A stretch of 62,953 nucleotides of DNA, the filler included, from a bacterium (GTDB lineage Bacteria > JAMORN01), in NCBI GenBank assembly GCA_027063545.1. It is 20 parts of 20 records of this genome, joined end to end, with 100 filler letters (N's around TTAATTAATTAA, not from the genome) between each part and the next. Parts side by side here need not be neighbours in the genome. Positions count along the whole stretch, not along the records: positions 1 to 12,825 come from JAMORN010000017.1; positions 12,926 to 15,035 come from JAMORN010000021.1; positions 15,136 to 17,223 come from JAMORN010000022.1; positions 17,324 to 19,408 come from JAMORN010000023.1; positions 19,509 to 21,591 come from JAMORN010000024.1; 15 more parts are not named here. One strand, given 5' to 3'. How positions within the stretch are numbered: the stretch's first letter is position 1; every line of letters begins with the position of its first letter. Positions 9,833-19,682 of this stretch are shown here, piece after piece. The notes under the pieces were generated by a model. That model saw only the letters and a program-made list of their open reading frames with translations, was not told the origin of the DNA and made no database searches. Position numbers and translations under genes: made by a program.

Positions 9833-10681
9833 TTATTTTACTATTTGGTAGATACCTCCTCTTTGTTTAAACTTTTCAAAGTCAAATTTTAATTCATCTA
9901 ATTGGGATAGTAATTCATACTCTAATAGATTTAAGCCACGTTTAATTTTATAATTTATATTAGTAAAGGGATAACCTTCAGAGTCAACCATTATATATGA
10001 ACCTATCATAGTATGGTTATCTTCATATATTACAGGACATACCTTGTTAGCATCTTTATTTATATTTTTGAATAACCCAAATTTTTCTTTATTTATAGAG
10101 AGCATAGGTGTATATAGATCATTTTCACCTTTAATAGGTAAAAATTGGAATACTTTCCATCTTATAGGTTTTATTTTGGTTATAAATTCTGTAAAGTTTT
10201 CTTTATAGTTATAATTAGAAACCATGGTATTTATCTTAAGAGAAATATTTTGTTCTTTTATATCAAAACATATTTTATAATAATCAAGAATTTTATAATT
10301 TACGTGTCTTCCAAGAAATAGAAGGGTCTCTTTTTTAAGAGAATCAACACTTAGGCCAATTAAATCTAAAGAGTTATCAAATTTTTTTAAATAATCTTTA
10401 GTTATTAAATAACCATTTGTTACAATAGATGTTGTAAAACCTAAATCTTTGGCTTTTTTTACTAAATTAGGAAGGTATGGTACAAGAGTAGGTTCACCTC
10501 CAACAAAATTTATTTTTTTTATTTCTATTTCTTTTAATTCTTTTGCTAATTTTTCTATTATTTTTATCCAATCTTTTTCCTTTAAATTTTTATTTTTATA
10601 CATATGTGAATAACAACCTTTACACCTCATATTGCAATAATTTGTTATATGAAGATTTATAGTCATACCATAACTATTCAT
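9833..10681 (-). CDS. pVip: Prokaryotic viperin (pVip), antiviral radical SAM ddhNTP synthase
   Basis: NLHITNYCNMRCKGC, KINFVGGEPTL, TSIVTNG, GLSVDS, LKINT, RWKVFQ.LPIKGEND, EDNHTMIGSYIMVDSEG, FDFEKFKQRGGIY; AAGGAGG RBS. Confidence 0.92.
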   Translation of the reverse strand: MNSYGMTINLHITNYCNMRCKGCYSHMYKNKNLKEKDWIKIIEKLAKELKEIEIKKINFVGGEPTLVPYLPNLVKKAKDLGFTTSIVTNGYLITKDYLKKFDNSLDLIGLSVDSLKKETLLFLGRHVNYKILDYYKICFDIKEQNISLKINTMVSNYNYKENFTEFITKIKPIRWKVFQFLPIKGENDLYTPMLSINKEKFGLFKNINKDANKVCPVIYEDNHTMIGSYIMVDSEGYPFTNINYKIKRGLNLLEYELLSQLDELKFDFEKFKQRGGIYQIVK

Positions 10682-10746
10682 TATTAAACCTCCTTTTTTT
10701 GATTTTCCAATATTTTAATAATAAAGCAAAAAATCATTATATTATT

Positions 10747-10773
10747 GTAACTTATTTTGTTTTAATATGTTAC
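10747..10773. promoter_or_regulatory. Inverted repeat, putative operator/UAS in the divergent viperin-HEPN intergenic region
   Basis: GTAACTTATT-N7-AATATGTTAC (9/10 arms); a second imperfect dyad at about 10784-10822. Confidence 0.35.
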
Positions 10774-10947
10774 TCTAATTGGTTATTAGATAATCTTTAA
10801 TTTTTAAGATTGTTATCTTAATAAAATTGGATATTTATCTTTTTAAAAAAGTATTAAAACATTAAATTTTTTATATTTTTTTAATTTTTTAAATTTTTTA
10901 TTTTACTTAAAAATATAAATAAAAGACATTTTTTTAAGGAGATGTAT

Positions 10948-11493
10948 ATGTCTAAGAAAAGCTTTTGAGGAGGATTATTAGGAGGTTTAATTTTAGGGGC
11001 AGGCATGACTTTTTTACATAAGACGAATGAAAAAGAAAGATTAAAGAATGACTTAAATAATGCAAAGAAACTATTAACAGAGTTAGAAGTAAAAATGAAA
11101 TTTTTGAAATCAAAATATAGGGAGTTAGAAGATACTTTAAAAGAGCGTAATAGAAGACTATCTTATCTAGAAAAACAAGACAAATTAATGAAGGAATATG
11201 AGCGTTTTAAAGAAAATTTTATAAATGTTTTTTATAATGATATGGTTAATGCTTTAATTAATAAAAAAATAGAATTTAATTTTGGGAATATTTTAGAGTT
11301 TATTAAAACTAATTCTAGTGTTGCAGAAATATTTAAATATTCAGATATTGATAAAGCAAGAAAGATAAGAAATAGAATCGCCCATCCATATAGTAATGAA
11401 AGAATCCCGGAAGAAGAATTACTTTTTGCTTTAGAAGTTTTTGAGAAATATAATAATATTTTAGATGAATATAATAAAGATAGATCAGTATAA
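10948..11493 (+). pseudogene. Membrane-anchored coiled-coil HEPN-like protein with an in-frame TGA at codon 7 (or translated from ATG 11005)
   Basis: AGGAG RBS + ATG 10948 in frame with ORF 11005: MSKKSF*GGLLGGLILGAGMTFL; coiled coil; C-terminal RNRIAH (RX4H). Confidence 0.65.
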
Positions 11494-11773
11494 ATAAATT
11501 AAAAAAGAGAAGAGTTATGATAAGTAGAAATTCCATAAAAATTTTATTTATGATGGTTATTTTAGGGATATTTTATGTAGAATTAAACGCAATGATGGTA
11601 CTAGATGAAGAAAAACTTCTTGCTGATAAATATATATACTATTCAAATAGAGATTTTTCATATGAAGCAGATATTAACTGTGAAATAGCAAGATTGTTAG
11701 ATAAACATGGATATGAAAAAGAAGCTGTAGCATTAGATTCAGCAAGAAAGATAAGAAATAGAATTGCCAATCC
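11355..11773 (+). repeat. 33-bp direct repeat (31/33 identical) at 11355-11387 and 11741-11773
   Basis: AGCAAGAAAGATAAGAAATAGAAT exact for 24 bp, then cGCCcATCC versus tGCCaATCC. Confidence 0.9.
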
Positions 11774-11919
11774 TAAAAAAGGATTATATAAATGTATCTA
11801 AAGAAGAAGCAAAATATGCTATAGAGGTATTTGAAGAATATAAAGATAAAGAATTTGTTATTGGCTTTTTGGAAAGTATAGAAAAGGTATTAGAAGAATT
11901 GTATAACTTTTTTTGTTAA
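11517..11919 (+). pseudogene. HEPN-like paralogue with a signal-peptide/TM N-terminus, His-to-Asn motif change and a frameshift in an A6 run
   Basis: ARKIRNRIANP; removing one A at 11775-11780 gives KDYINVSKEEAKYAIEVFEEY...LYNFFC* (stop 11917-11919), matching PEEELLFALEVFEKY of the upstream paralogue. Confidence 0.65.
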
Positions 11920-11957
11920 AAGAAAAATATATTGAATAAAATAAGGGTAAAAATAGT

Positions 11958-12825
11958 ATGTCAGTATTAATTTCTTATTTAGCAACAAATAATGATGATC
12001 CTGAAAAGAAAGGTAAAAAGTTAGGGCCAACTTTATATGTGCTTACATCTAATTTTGCTAAAAAAAGAAAGATAAATAAGGCTGTAATATTTTTCCGTGA
12101 AAGTAATAAAAAAGAGAGAAAAATTTACAATTATATAAAGAGAGAGTTAGAAACAACATTTCGAGATTTAAAAATAAAACTTTATTATAAATTATGGAGA
12201 GGTGATGATCCAACAGATCATAAAACAATTTTTCAAGAAACTAGAAGGTTAGTAAAGGAAATATATGAGGAAATTATTGTTAAAGATAAAGATGAAGAGT
12301 ACTATATTCATATATCTCCAGGTACTCCTACAATGCATGCGATTTGGCTTCTTCTTAGTGAATTAAGATATTTACCAGGAAAGTATACTATAATAAAATC
12401 TTATGAAGGTGATGAAAACAAAGAAGATTATATAAAAGAAGTTGATATAAAAAAAGAGATTTATGATGTTATTTTTAATAATCAAAGTATTGATAGAATC
12501 TTTTGGGATCCTCATAAATTTAAAACTGAAATATTAAAAGAGTTATTTAAAAAAGCAGAGATGTTTGCAAAAATAAAGGCACCTATTTTGATTTTGGGAG
12601 AAAGGGGTACAGGAAAAACTACTTTAGCCAAATGGATAAGAGAAAATAGTCCTTTTAGAAATCCAGAATTAAAGATTTGGCCTACGATTGTTACGAGTCA
12701 GTATGACGATAAGTTAATGAGATCTGAACTTTTTGGATATAAAAAAGGCGCTTTTACAGGAGCAGATAGCGATAAAGATGGATTATTAAAAATATTAGAT
12801 GGAGATACTTTATTTTTAGATGAAG
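11958..12825 (+). CDS. RtcR/CARF-like sigma54-interacting AAA+ transcriptional regulator, 3'-truncated
   Basis: N-terminal DPTDH..IF and IHISPGTPTMHAIWLLL; Walker A LILGERGTGKT; SELFGYKKGAFTGA; Walker B TLFLDE at the contig end. Confidence 0.85.
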
Positions 12826-12925
12826 NNNNNNNNNNNNNNNNNNNNNNNNNNNNNNNNNNNNNNNNNNNNTTAATTAATTAANNNNNNNNNNNNNNNNNNN
12901 NNNNNNNNNNNNNNNNNNNNNNNNN
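12826..12925. other. Artificial contig spacer; 18 more start at 15036, 17224, 19409, 21592, 23771, 25938, 28078, 30200, 32313, 34420, 46317, 48417, 50513, 52596, 54679, 56756, 58824 and 60892
   Basis: 44 N + TTAATTAATTAA (stops in six frames) + 44 N; genes are cut at every spacer. Confidence 0.99.
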
Positions 12926-13355
12926 GGAATTGGGTAAAGTAGATAAACCAATTTTATTAAAAAGAGGCTTATCTGCTACAATAAAGGAATTTTTAATGTC
13001 TGCAGAGTATATTTTATCCCATGGAAATCCAAATGTAATTTTATGTGAAAGAGGTATAAGAACTTTTGAAACAGCAACAAGAAATACATTTGATATAAAC
13101 GCTATTCCTGTGTTAAAAGAAAAATCTCATTTACCTGTTTGTGCTGATCCTAGTCATGGTACAGGTGTAAGAAGCTATGTAAAACCTATAGCTAGAGCTG
13201 CTGTTGCCGCAGGCGCTGATAGTGTAATGGTAGAGGTACATTATAACCCAGAAATAGCAAAGAGTGATGCTGCTCAAACATTGTATTTAGATCAATTTAA
13301 AGAATTATTAGATGAGGTAAGAATTATTGCTTCAGCAGTTGGAAGAACATTATAA
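12926..13355 (+). CDS. aroF: DAHP synthase (type I-beta), C-terminal part
   Basis: [36 protein letters not shown]; upstream of tyrA-aroA. Confidence 0.92.
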
Positions 13356-14454
13356 TATTGCAGTAGCTGGGTTAGGGCTTTTAGGTGGGTCTTTAGCAAA
13401 GATATTAAGAAAAAAGTATGGAAATAATATAAATTTATGGGCCTTCTCAAGAGAGGAGACTCTTGAGAAGGCTAAAAGATTTTCTTTATTTGATCATTAT
13501 TATCTATATGATAATATTCCTAAATATTTAGAAAAAATAGATATTCTTTTTTTATGTACACCTATTTCTGTTATTATAGATTTAATAGAAAAAATAAAAA
13601 GCTCATTAAATTATCCTTTAAAGAAAAAGCTTATAATTAGTGATATAGGAAGTACAAAAAAGACTATTATGGAAAGTGCTATAGGACTTTCAAATTACAA
13701 TATTACCTTTATTGGTGGTCATCCTATGACTGGAAGTGAATTTTCAGGCTTTGATTATAGTGATCCATATATTTTTGAAAACTCTATTTATGTTTTAACA
13801 CCTTATAAAGATGATTTAGAAAGTAAAGAACTAAAATTATTATCATCGATTATTGAAAATATAGGTGCAAAGGTATTAGTTTTAGATTATGAGCTTCATG
13901 ATAGACTGGCTGCTATGATATCCCATTTACCGCAAATAATAGCTGTTGAACTAGTAAATTTGTTAGATGGAGAGGATGATTCAGAAATAGGAAGAACTTT
14001 GGCAGCTGGAGGTTTTAGAGATTTAACTAGAATAGCATCATCTGATTTTAGAATATGGAAAGATATAATAGATACAAATAAAGATAATATTTTTAATTAT
14101 ATTGATAAATTTATACAGAAGTTAGAAGAAGCAAAAAATAAAATAAACAGTAATTTGATAGAAGAGGATTTTAAAAGAGCAAAAAGTGTAAGAGATTTAA
14201 TTCCAAAGGATACAAGGGGATTTATTTCTCCGATTTGGGAATTAATTGTAAGGGTTCCTGATAAACCGGGAGTTTTATATAAGATATCAAAAATTCTTAG
14301 TGATGAAAATATTAATATAAAAGATATTTCAGTAGTAAAGATAAGAGAGCATGAGAGTGGTAGTATAAAATTAGGTTTTGAGACAAAATACGATAGAGAA
14401 AAGGCTTATAATCTTTTAACAAAGAATGGAATAGAAACAATTATAAGGGAGTAG
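13327..14454 (+). CDS. tyrA: Prephenate dehydrogenase with C-terminal ACT domain
   Basis: [26 protein letters not shown]...[19 protein letters not shown] (PDKPGVL). Confidence 0.93.
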   Translation: MLQQLEEHYNIAVAGLGLLGGSLAKILRKKYGNNINLWAFSREETLEKAKRFSLFDHYYLYDNIPKYLEKIDILFLCTPISVIIDLIEKIKSSLNYPLKKKLIISDIGSTKKTIMESAIGLSNYNITFIGGHPMTGSEFSGFDYSDPYIFENSIYVLTPYKDDLESKELKLLSSIIENIGAKVLVLDYELHDRLAAMISHLPQIIAVELVNLLDGEDDSEIGRTLAAGGFRDLTRIASSDFRIWKDIIDTNKDNIFNYIDKFIQKLEEAKNKINSNLIEEDFKRAKSVRDLIPKDTRGFISPIWELIVRVPDKPGVLYKISKILSDENINIKDISVVKIREHESGSIKLGFETKYDREKAYNLLTKNGIETIIRE

Positions 14455-14462
14455 ATAAGAGT

Positions 14463-15035
14463 ATGGAAAAGTTTATAGAAAGGGTTAATAGTTTAAGGGG
14501 AGAATTAAGATTTGCTGGGGATAAAAGTATTTCTCATAGAGCAGTAATTTTTTCTTCTATAGCTGAAGGGGAAACAATTATAGAGAATTTTTCTGTTGCT
14601 AAAGATTGTTATAGGACTGTTGATATATTTAAAGATTTAGGTGTAAGTATAGAGGTTATAGGAGAAAATAAACTAAAGGTAAATGGAAAAGGATATTTTT
14701 CTTTAGAAAAGCCTGATAAAGTTTTATATGCAGGAAATTCTGGAACAACAATAAGGCTTGTTAGTGGTATACTTTCCGCTATGGAGTTTGAGAGTGAAAT
14801 AACAGGGGATGAGTATTTGATAAAACGTCCTATGGATAGAATAATAATACCATTATCTCAGATGGGGGCACAAATAGAAGCAAGAGAGGGGAGATTTCCT
14901 CCTTTAAGAATAAGGGGGAACAAATTAAAAGGTATTGAGTATAAGCTTCCTATACCAAGTGCTCAGGTAAAGAGTTCAATACTATTGGCGGGATTAGGTG
15001 CTGAAGGTAAAACAACAGTTATAGAGCCTATAATA
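14463..15035 (+). CDS. aroA: EPSP synthase, 3'-truncated
   Basis: GDKSISHRA, GNSGTTIRL, KRPM, SAQVKS. Confidence 0.96.
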
Positions 15036-15135
15036 NNNNNNNNNNNNNNNNNNNNNNNNNNNNNNNNNNNNNNNNNNNNTTAATTAATTAANNNNNNNNN
15101 NNNNNNNNNNNNNNNNNNNNNNNNNNNNNNNNNNN

Positions 15136-15745
15136 TAAAAATTTAGGAAAGGTTCAATTATCAATTCCTGGCATTCATAATATAAGAAATTCTTTAGGAG
15201 CTATTGCTATATCCTTAGAATTAGATGTTAATTTTGAAATAATTAAAAAATCTTTATCAGAATTTTCTAATGTAAAAAGACGATTTGAAATAATATATGA
15301 AGATGAAAATGTGATTCTAATAGATGACTATGCTCATCATCCTACAGAAATAAAAGCAACTCTTAATGCAGCTAAAGAGTTAAAAAAAGATTATAAAATT
15401 GTTGCTATATTTCAGCCCCATTTATATAGTAGAACTTTAAATTTTTCTACTCAATTTGCAGAAAGCTTAAAAGATGCGGATATAATAGTAATTACTGAAA
15501 TATATGCAGCTAGAGAGACTCCTATTGAAGGAGTTTCTGCAGAAATAATTGTTGCTAAATTAAAAGAAATGGGGCTTGGTGATAAGGTTTTCTATATTCA
15601 AGATAAAGAAGATATACCTGAATTTATTTTTGACAAAATTAATATAGATGAAAAATATTTAATAATTTCTTTAGGTGCTGGTGATATTAATAAATATTTA
15701 TACGAGATTAAAGAGGGGTTAGGAGATGCCCAGAAAAGGGTATAA
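15136..15745 (+). CDS. murC: UDP-N-acetylmuramate--L-alanine ligase, C-terminal part
   Basis: PGIHNIRN, VKRRFE, DDYAHHPTEI, FQPHLYSRT, GAGDI. Confidence 0.93.
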
Positions 15746-16538
15746 CTATTATAAAAAAATAGAAGAAAAACAAAATTTTAAAAGAAAACTTATTGTCAAC
15801 ACTTTTAAATTTAGTATTATAACTTTTATTGTTTTATTTTCAATATATATTATATATTTAGGTACTAATTATTCTTATAAAAAAATAGTAGAAATACTTA
15901 AAAACTCTTCTTCATTCAAAATAGAAGAAATTATTGTTAAAGGGAATGAAATTATTCCTTCTGAAGAAATAATATATAAGGCTAATTTGGATTTGGGAAT
16001 ATCAATCTTTGATATTAATATAAAGGCTTTAGAAAAGAATATTTTAACAATAGATAGAATAAAAAAAGTTTTTATTACTAAAAAATATCCTAATAAAATA
16101 GAGATTTATGTTGTAGAGAAAATCCCTATAGCATATGTATATTTTAATAATAAAATAATGTTTTTATCAGATGATGGTAGTCTAATAGAAATAAGAGAAA
16201 ATGAAAGTCCTGATTTACCTATTGTTAGATTTGATAATATAGACAATAATACTCCTATCAAATTAAAACAGATTATATTAAATAAGGTGGTAGAATTTAT
16301 TGATACTACAAAAATTGTTAACTATGATTTATTAAATAAAATATCTGAAATAAAAATTGATAAAAATGGAAATTTTACTATTTATATAAATAAAGGAATG
16401 ACAAAAGTTATTATTGGAAATGAGAAATTATATGAAAAGCTACTATCTTTAAATGGATTAATTAATCAGTACGACTTTGAAGTTGTAAATTATAAATATA
16501 TTGATTTAAGATTTGATAATTTAGCATTTGCTAAATAA
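15726..16538 (+). CDS. ftsQ: Cell division protein FtsQ/DivIB
   Basis: Single TM, POTRA (F.I..I.V.GN; KKYPN.I.I.V.E..P), C-terminal YIDLRF; between murC and ftsA. Confidence 0.85.
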   Translation: MPRKGYNYYKKIEEKQNFKRKLIVNTFKFSIITFIVLFSIYIIYLGTNYSYKKIVEILKNSSSFKIEEIIVKGNEIIPSEEIIYKANLDLGISIFDINIKALEKNILTIDRIKKVFITKKYPNKIEIYVVEKIPIAYVYFNNKIMFLSDDGSLIEIRENESPDLPIVRFDNIDNNTPIKLKQIILNKVVEFIDTTKIVNYDLLNKISEIKIDKNGNFTIYINKGMTKVIIGNEKLYEKLLSLNGLINQYDFEVVNYKYIDLRFDNLAFAK

Positions 16539-16554
16539 AAGGAGAAAATAAAAT

Positions 16555-17223
16555 ATGGGAAAAGTAATAACTGCTATAGATCTCGGCGAAAAATATATAA
16601 AGATAGCTCAAGGAGAAAAAATTGATAGAAATAAAATAAATATACTAGGTGTATCTCTTGTTGAGACATCAAATATAAAAAAACATGTAGTTATAGACTT
16701 AGAAGGTCTTACTTATGAATTAGAAGAAGGTATTAGAAATCTTGAACAACTTTCCGGATTTGATGTAGAATCTGTATATATTTCTATCTCTGGAGAAGGT
16801 ACTGAAATAGTAAATGCTGAAGGTTATACTGTTATAAAAGATCCAGAAAATGGTATCTCACAAATTGATATAGACAGTATAGAAAGTCAACTGGAAAATA
16901 TTAATACAAACTCTATAAATAAAGAGAAATTAGATACTATAATTGTTGAATATATTATAGATGATACTAAAAAAAATATTAAAAATCCTATAAATATGCC
17001 TGGAATGAAACTTGAGGCTAAAGCAATAATCATGAGAAGTGATAAAAATCTTATAAAAAACTATAGAAAAATATTTGAAGATATTTTAGGAATTAAAATT
17101 AACAAATTTATACTAGCTTCTAGAGCTGCAGAAGAAGCCGTATTAACCCCTGAAGATAGAGAACTAGGGGTAATGCTTCTTGATATAGGATATGCCTATT
17201 CTAATATATATATAATAAAGGAG
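16555..17223 (+). CDS. ftsA: Cell division protein FtsA, 3'-truncated
   Basis: AIDLG, IKNPINMPGMKLEA, AVLTPEDRELGVMLLDIG. Confidence 0.88.
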
Positions 17224-17323
17224 NNNNNNNNNNNNNNNNNNNNNNNNNNNNNNNNNNNNNNNNNNNNTTAATTAATTAANNNNNNNNNNNNNNNNNNNNN
17301 NNNNNNNNNNNNNNNNNNNNNNN

Positions 17324-17764
17324 TAAATCAATATCATTTAAGTATTTATAAGAGAATTCTATTCTATAATCTGGATTTGAAACCAAACCTACATATTTGC
17401 CATATTCTCTAATCTTTTTAATATAATCCTCTACTTTATACCTATTACTTTCTATATGAAATGATATTAAATCGCAATCTGTTTTTCCAAAATAATCTAT
17501 ATATACAAAAGGATCTTTTACCATTAAATGAACATCTATAAATATATCCTTTGAAATACTTCTTATTACATTTACTATCCATGGCCCAAATGTAACATTA
17601 GGGACAAAATACCCGTCCATTATGTCAATATGTACCCAATCTGCACCAGATTCTATTACCTTCTTTATATCATCATAAAATCTTCCCTTATTTGCTGAAA
17701 GAATTGAAGGATTTGCTATTGTTCGTTTTTTTACCAAATCTTTATAAAAATTTAACTCTCTCAT
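17324..17764 (-). CDS. rpe: Ribulose-phosphate 3-epimerase, 3'-truncated
   Basis: PSILSA, HIDIMDGYFVPNVTFG, DVHLMV, SFHIE. Confidence 0.93.
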
Positions 17765-18435
17765 CTCTCTTTTTTATACTCCTTTATTAGTTTTTTTAAC
17801 TCTTTAACATTCTCACAAATATCTCCTTTATTTAAAATTGCAGTAACAACAGCCACTCTATCTGCTCCACTTAATATTACATCTTTTAAATTATTTTTAT
17901 TTATACCTCCCATAACTGTAAATATACTATCTTTATAGAGATTTTTAACCTCCTTTATAATATCAACACCAAGAAACCTTTCAAGATGCTCCTTTGTCTT
18001 TGTTGGAAAAATTGGACCTATATTAAAATAGGTAACCTTCTCATCTATTGCTTCTTTAATCTCTTCTAAATTATGAGTACTTTTACCTATAATAAAATCT
18101 TTTATTTTAAATTTCTCTAACATATTTTTTAAATATTTAACATCAAAATCATCTTGGCCAATATGTACTCCATCAGCCTCTATTGCTAAAGACACATCTA
18201 TATGATCATTTATTAAAAATCCTACATTATATCTTTCTACTATTTCTTTTATCCTCTCTGCATTATATAAAAATTGTTTTTTACTTGATATTTTATCTCT
18301 ATATTGTATTAAATCTACTCCACAATCTAAGGCTTTTTTTATAGTTTCAAATAAATCAACCCCAATAGAACGAGCAATATTCATATCTGCCACAAAATAT
18401 AACTCAACTTCTTTAAAATCAACTTTTTTACTCAT
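17761..18435 (-). CDS. thiE: Thiamine-phosphate synthase
   Basis: QYRDK, INDHID, DGVHIGQDD, GKSTHN, GPIFPTKTK, MGGI. Confidence 0.93.
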   Translation of the reverse strand: MSKKVDFKEVELYFVADMNIARSIGVDLFETIKKALDCGVDLIQYRDKISSKKQFLYNAERIKEIVERYNVGFLINDHIDVSLAIEADGVHIGQDDFDVKYLKNMLEKFKIKDFIIGKSTHNLEEIKEAIDEKVTYFNIGPIFPTKTKEHLERFLGVDIIKEVKNLYKDSIFTVMGGINKNNLKDVILSGADRVAVVTAILNKGDICENVKELKKLIKEYKKER

Positions 18436-18609
18436 AGGTTTAAAATAAATATTAAATGTTTTATTATCAAAAATAAATGTTTTAAATAAAAATATGGCTT
18501 TTTGACCTATGGCTTTTTTATTTAAAAAATGTATTTTATTATATTGCAGATAGTTAAAAACGTGACATTTTGTTTGTTATTTTATTTCTAAAAAAAACAA
18601 GGAGGGACT

Positions 18610-19408
18610 ATGAAAAAAATCTACCTTTTTCATATAATAACTTTTATAAGTTTCTTTTATTTAAATGCATTAGCACTATCAGTAACAATGAAAGATGACA
18701 AAAGTGTTATAAAAATAATCCCTAAAAAAGAGACATATTCTTATTATTTCTATCTATATCAAAAAACAGCAGATCCTGATTCTGCTTTAGAATATTTAAT
18801 TAAAGCAAAAAATCTAGGCGCTCCTAAGGATTCATTAGCATACTTTTTTGCTGATTATTTTTTATATACAGGAGATCTAGAAAATGCATTAATTGCAAAC
18901 CTAACAATAAAACCCCATCTTATAAAGAAAAAATCATTTAAAGTTGCTGTATTAAATCAAAGACTTTATATATATAGACTACTTGATTGGAATACAGAAG
19001 CAGATAAAGTGTATGAAGAATTATATAATATAAAATCAAAGAAAAATAAACTTATTTTAACTACCTATCCATTTTTTAAAAAGATTGTATATTACAATCC
19101 AATAGAAGACCGAACTTTTAATTCAAGTTTTAATGGTGTAGGTGATTATATTGCATTAAAATATTATCATTATTTTAAAAACTTCAAAATATTTGCTGGT
19201 GGGTATAATAACTATTATCTTTCTCCCCAATACTTATCTTATCAACTTTACATGGGGGGTGAATTTTTTATTACACCTAATCAAAGTATAGAGGTTGAAG
19301 CAGGATATTTTAATAACAATTATTCTGAACCTAATGTTAATGCTTTTTTCGGGGAATTTGGGGTTAATTTTTACTATCAAACAACATTTAGTTATATAAA
19401 TCTAAAAT
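18610..19408 (+). CDS. Exported hypothetical protein, possible outer-membrane beta-strand C-terminus, truncated
   Basis: Signal peptide; helical N-region then aromatic-rich alternating segments. Confidence 0.5.
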
Positions 19409-19508
19409 NNNNNNNNNNNNNNNNNNNNNNNNNNNNNNNNNNNNNNNNNNNNTTAATTAATTAANNNNNNNNNNNNNNNNNNNNNNNNNNNNNNNNNNNN
19501 NNNNNNNN

Positions 19509-19682
19509 TAGTATAAAAAGCCCCCCTTTAGTAGCTACATAAAAACTACTATCTATTGTTAAAAAATCGACAACTTTAGAAAAATTTGTTTTAAAAGAAA
19601 AATCTACAATTGTAAATTCTTCAGCGACTAAAGACAAATATAAAAATGTGAAAAAAAATAAGATATATTTAATTTTTTTCAT
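19509..19682 (-). CDS. Exported hypothetical protein N-terminus, possible beta-propeller
   Basis: Signal peptide; FYVATKGGL blade-like motif; truncated. Confidence 0.4.

Noticed and set aside
10724-10740. Sigma54 -24/-12 promoter for viperin
   Set aside because: TTTGCT is present but the -24 position is TA rather than GG; I found no GG-N10-GC on either strand of the intergenic region
10966-10968. In-frame TGA as evidence of a recoded genome or selenocysteine
   Set aside because: TGA is a real stop elsewhere (25839-25841, 34156-34158, ATGA overlap at 52460-52463), Trp is TGG in conserved genes, and the context is not a Cys-type site
11958-13355. Sigma54 regulator upstream of aroF-tyrA-aroA (TyrR-like control)
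   Set aside because: A spacer separates them, and the N-terminal domain is CARF-like rather than ACT/PAS
18493-18518. TATGGCTTTTT direct repeat upstream of thiE; considered as an operator, sigma54 site or TPP riboswitch
   Set aside because: Short and T-rich, no GG-N10-GC spacing and no THI-box CTGAGA core; no function can be supported
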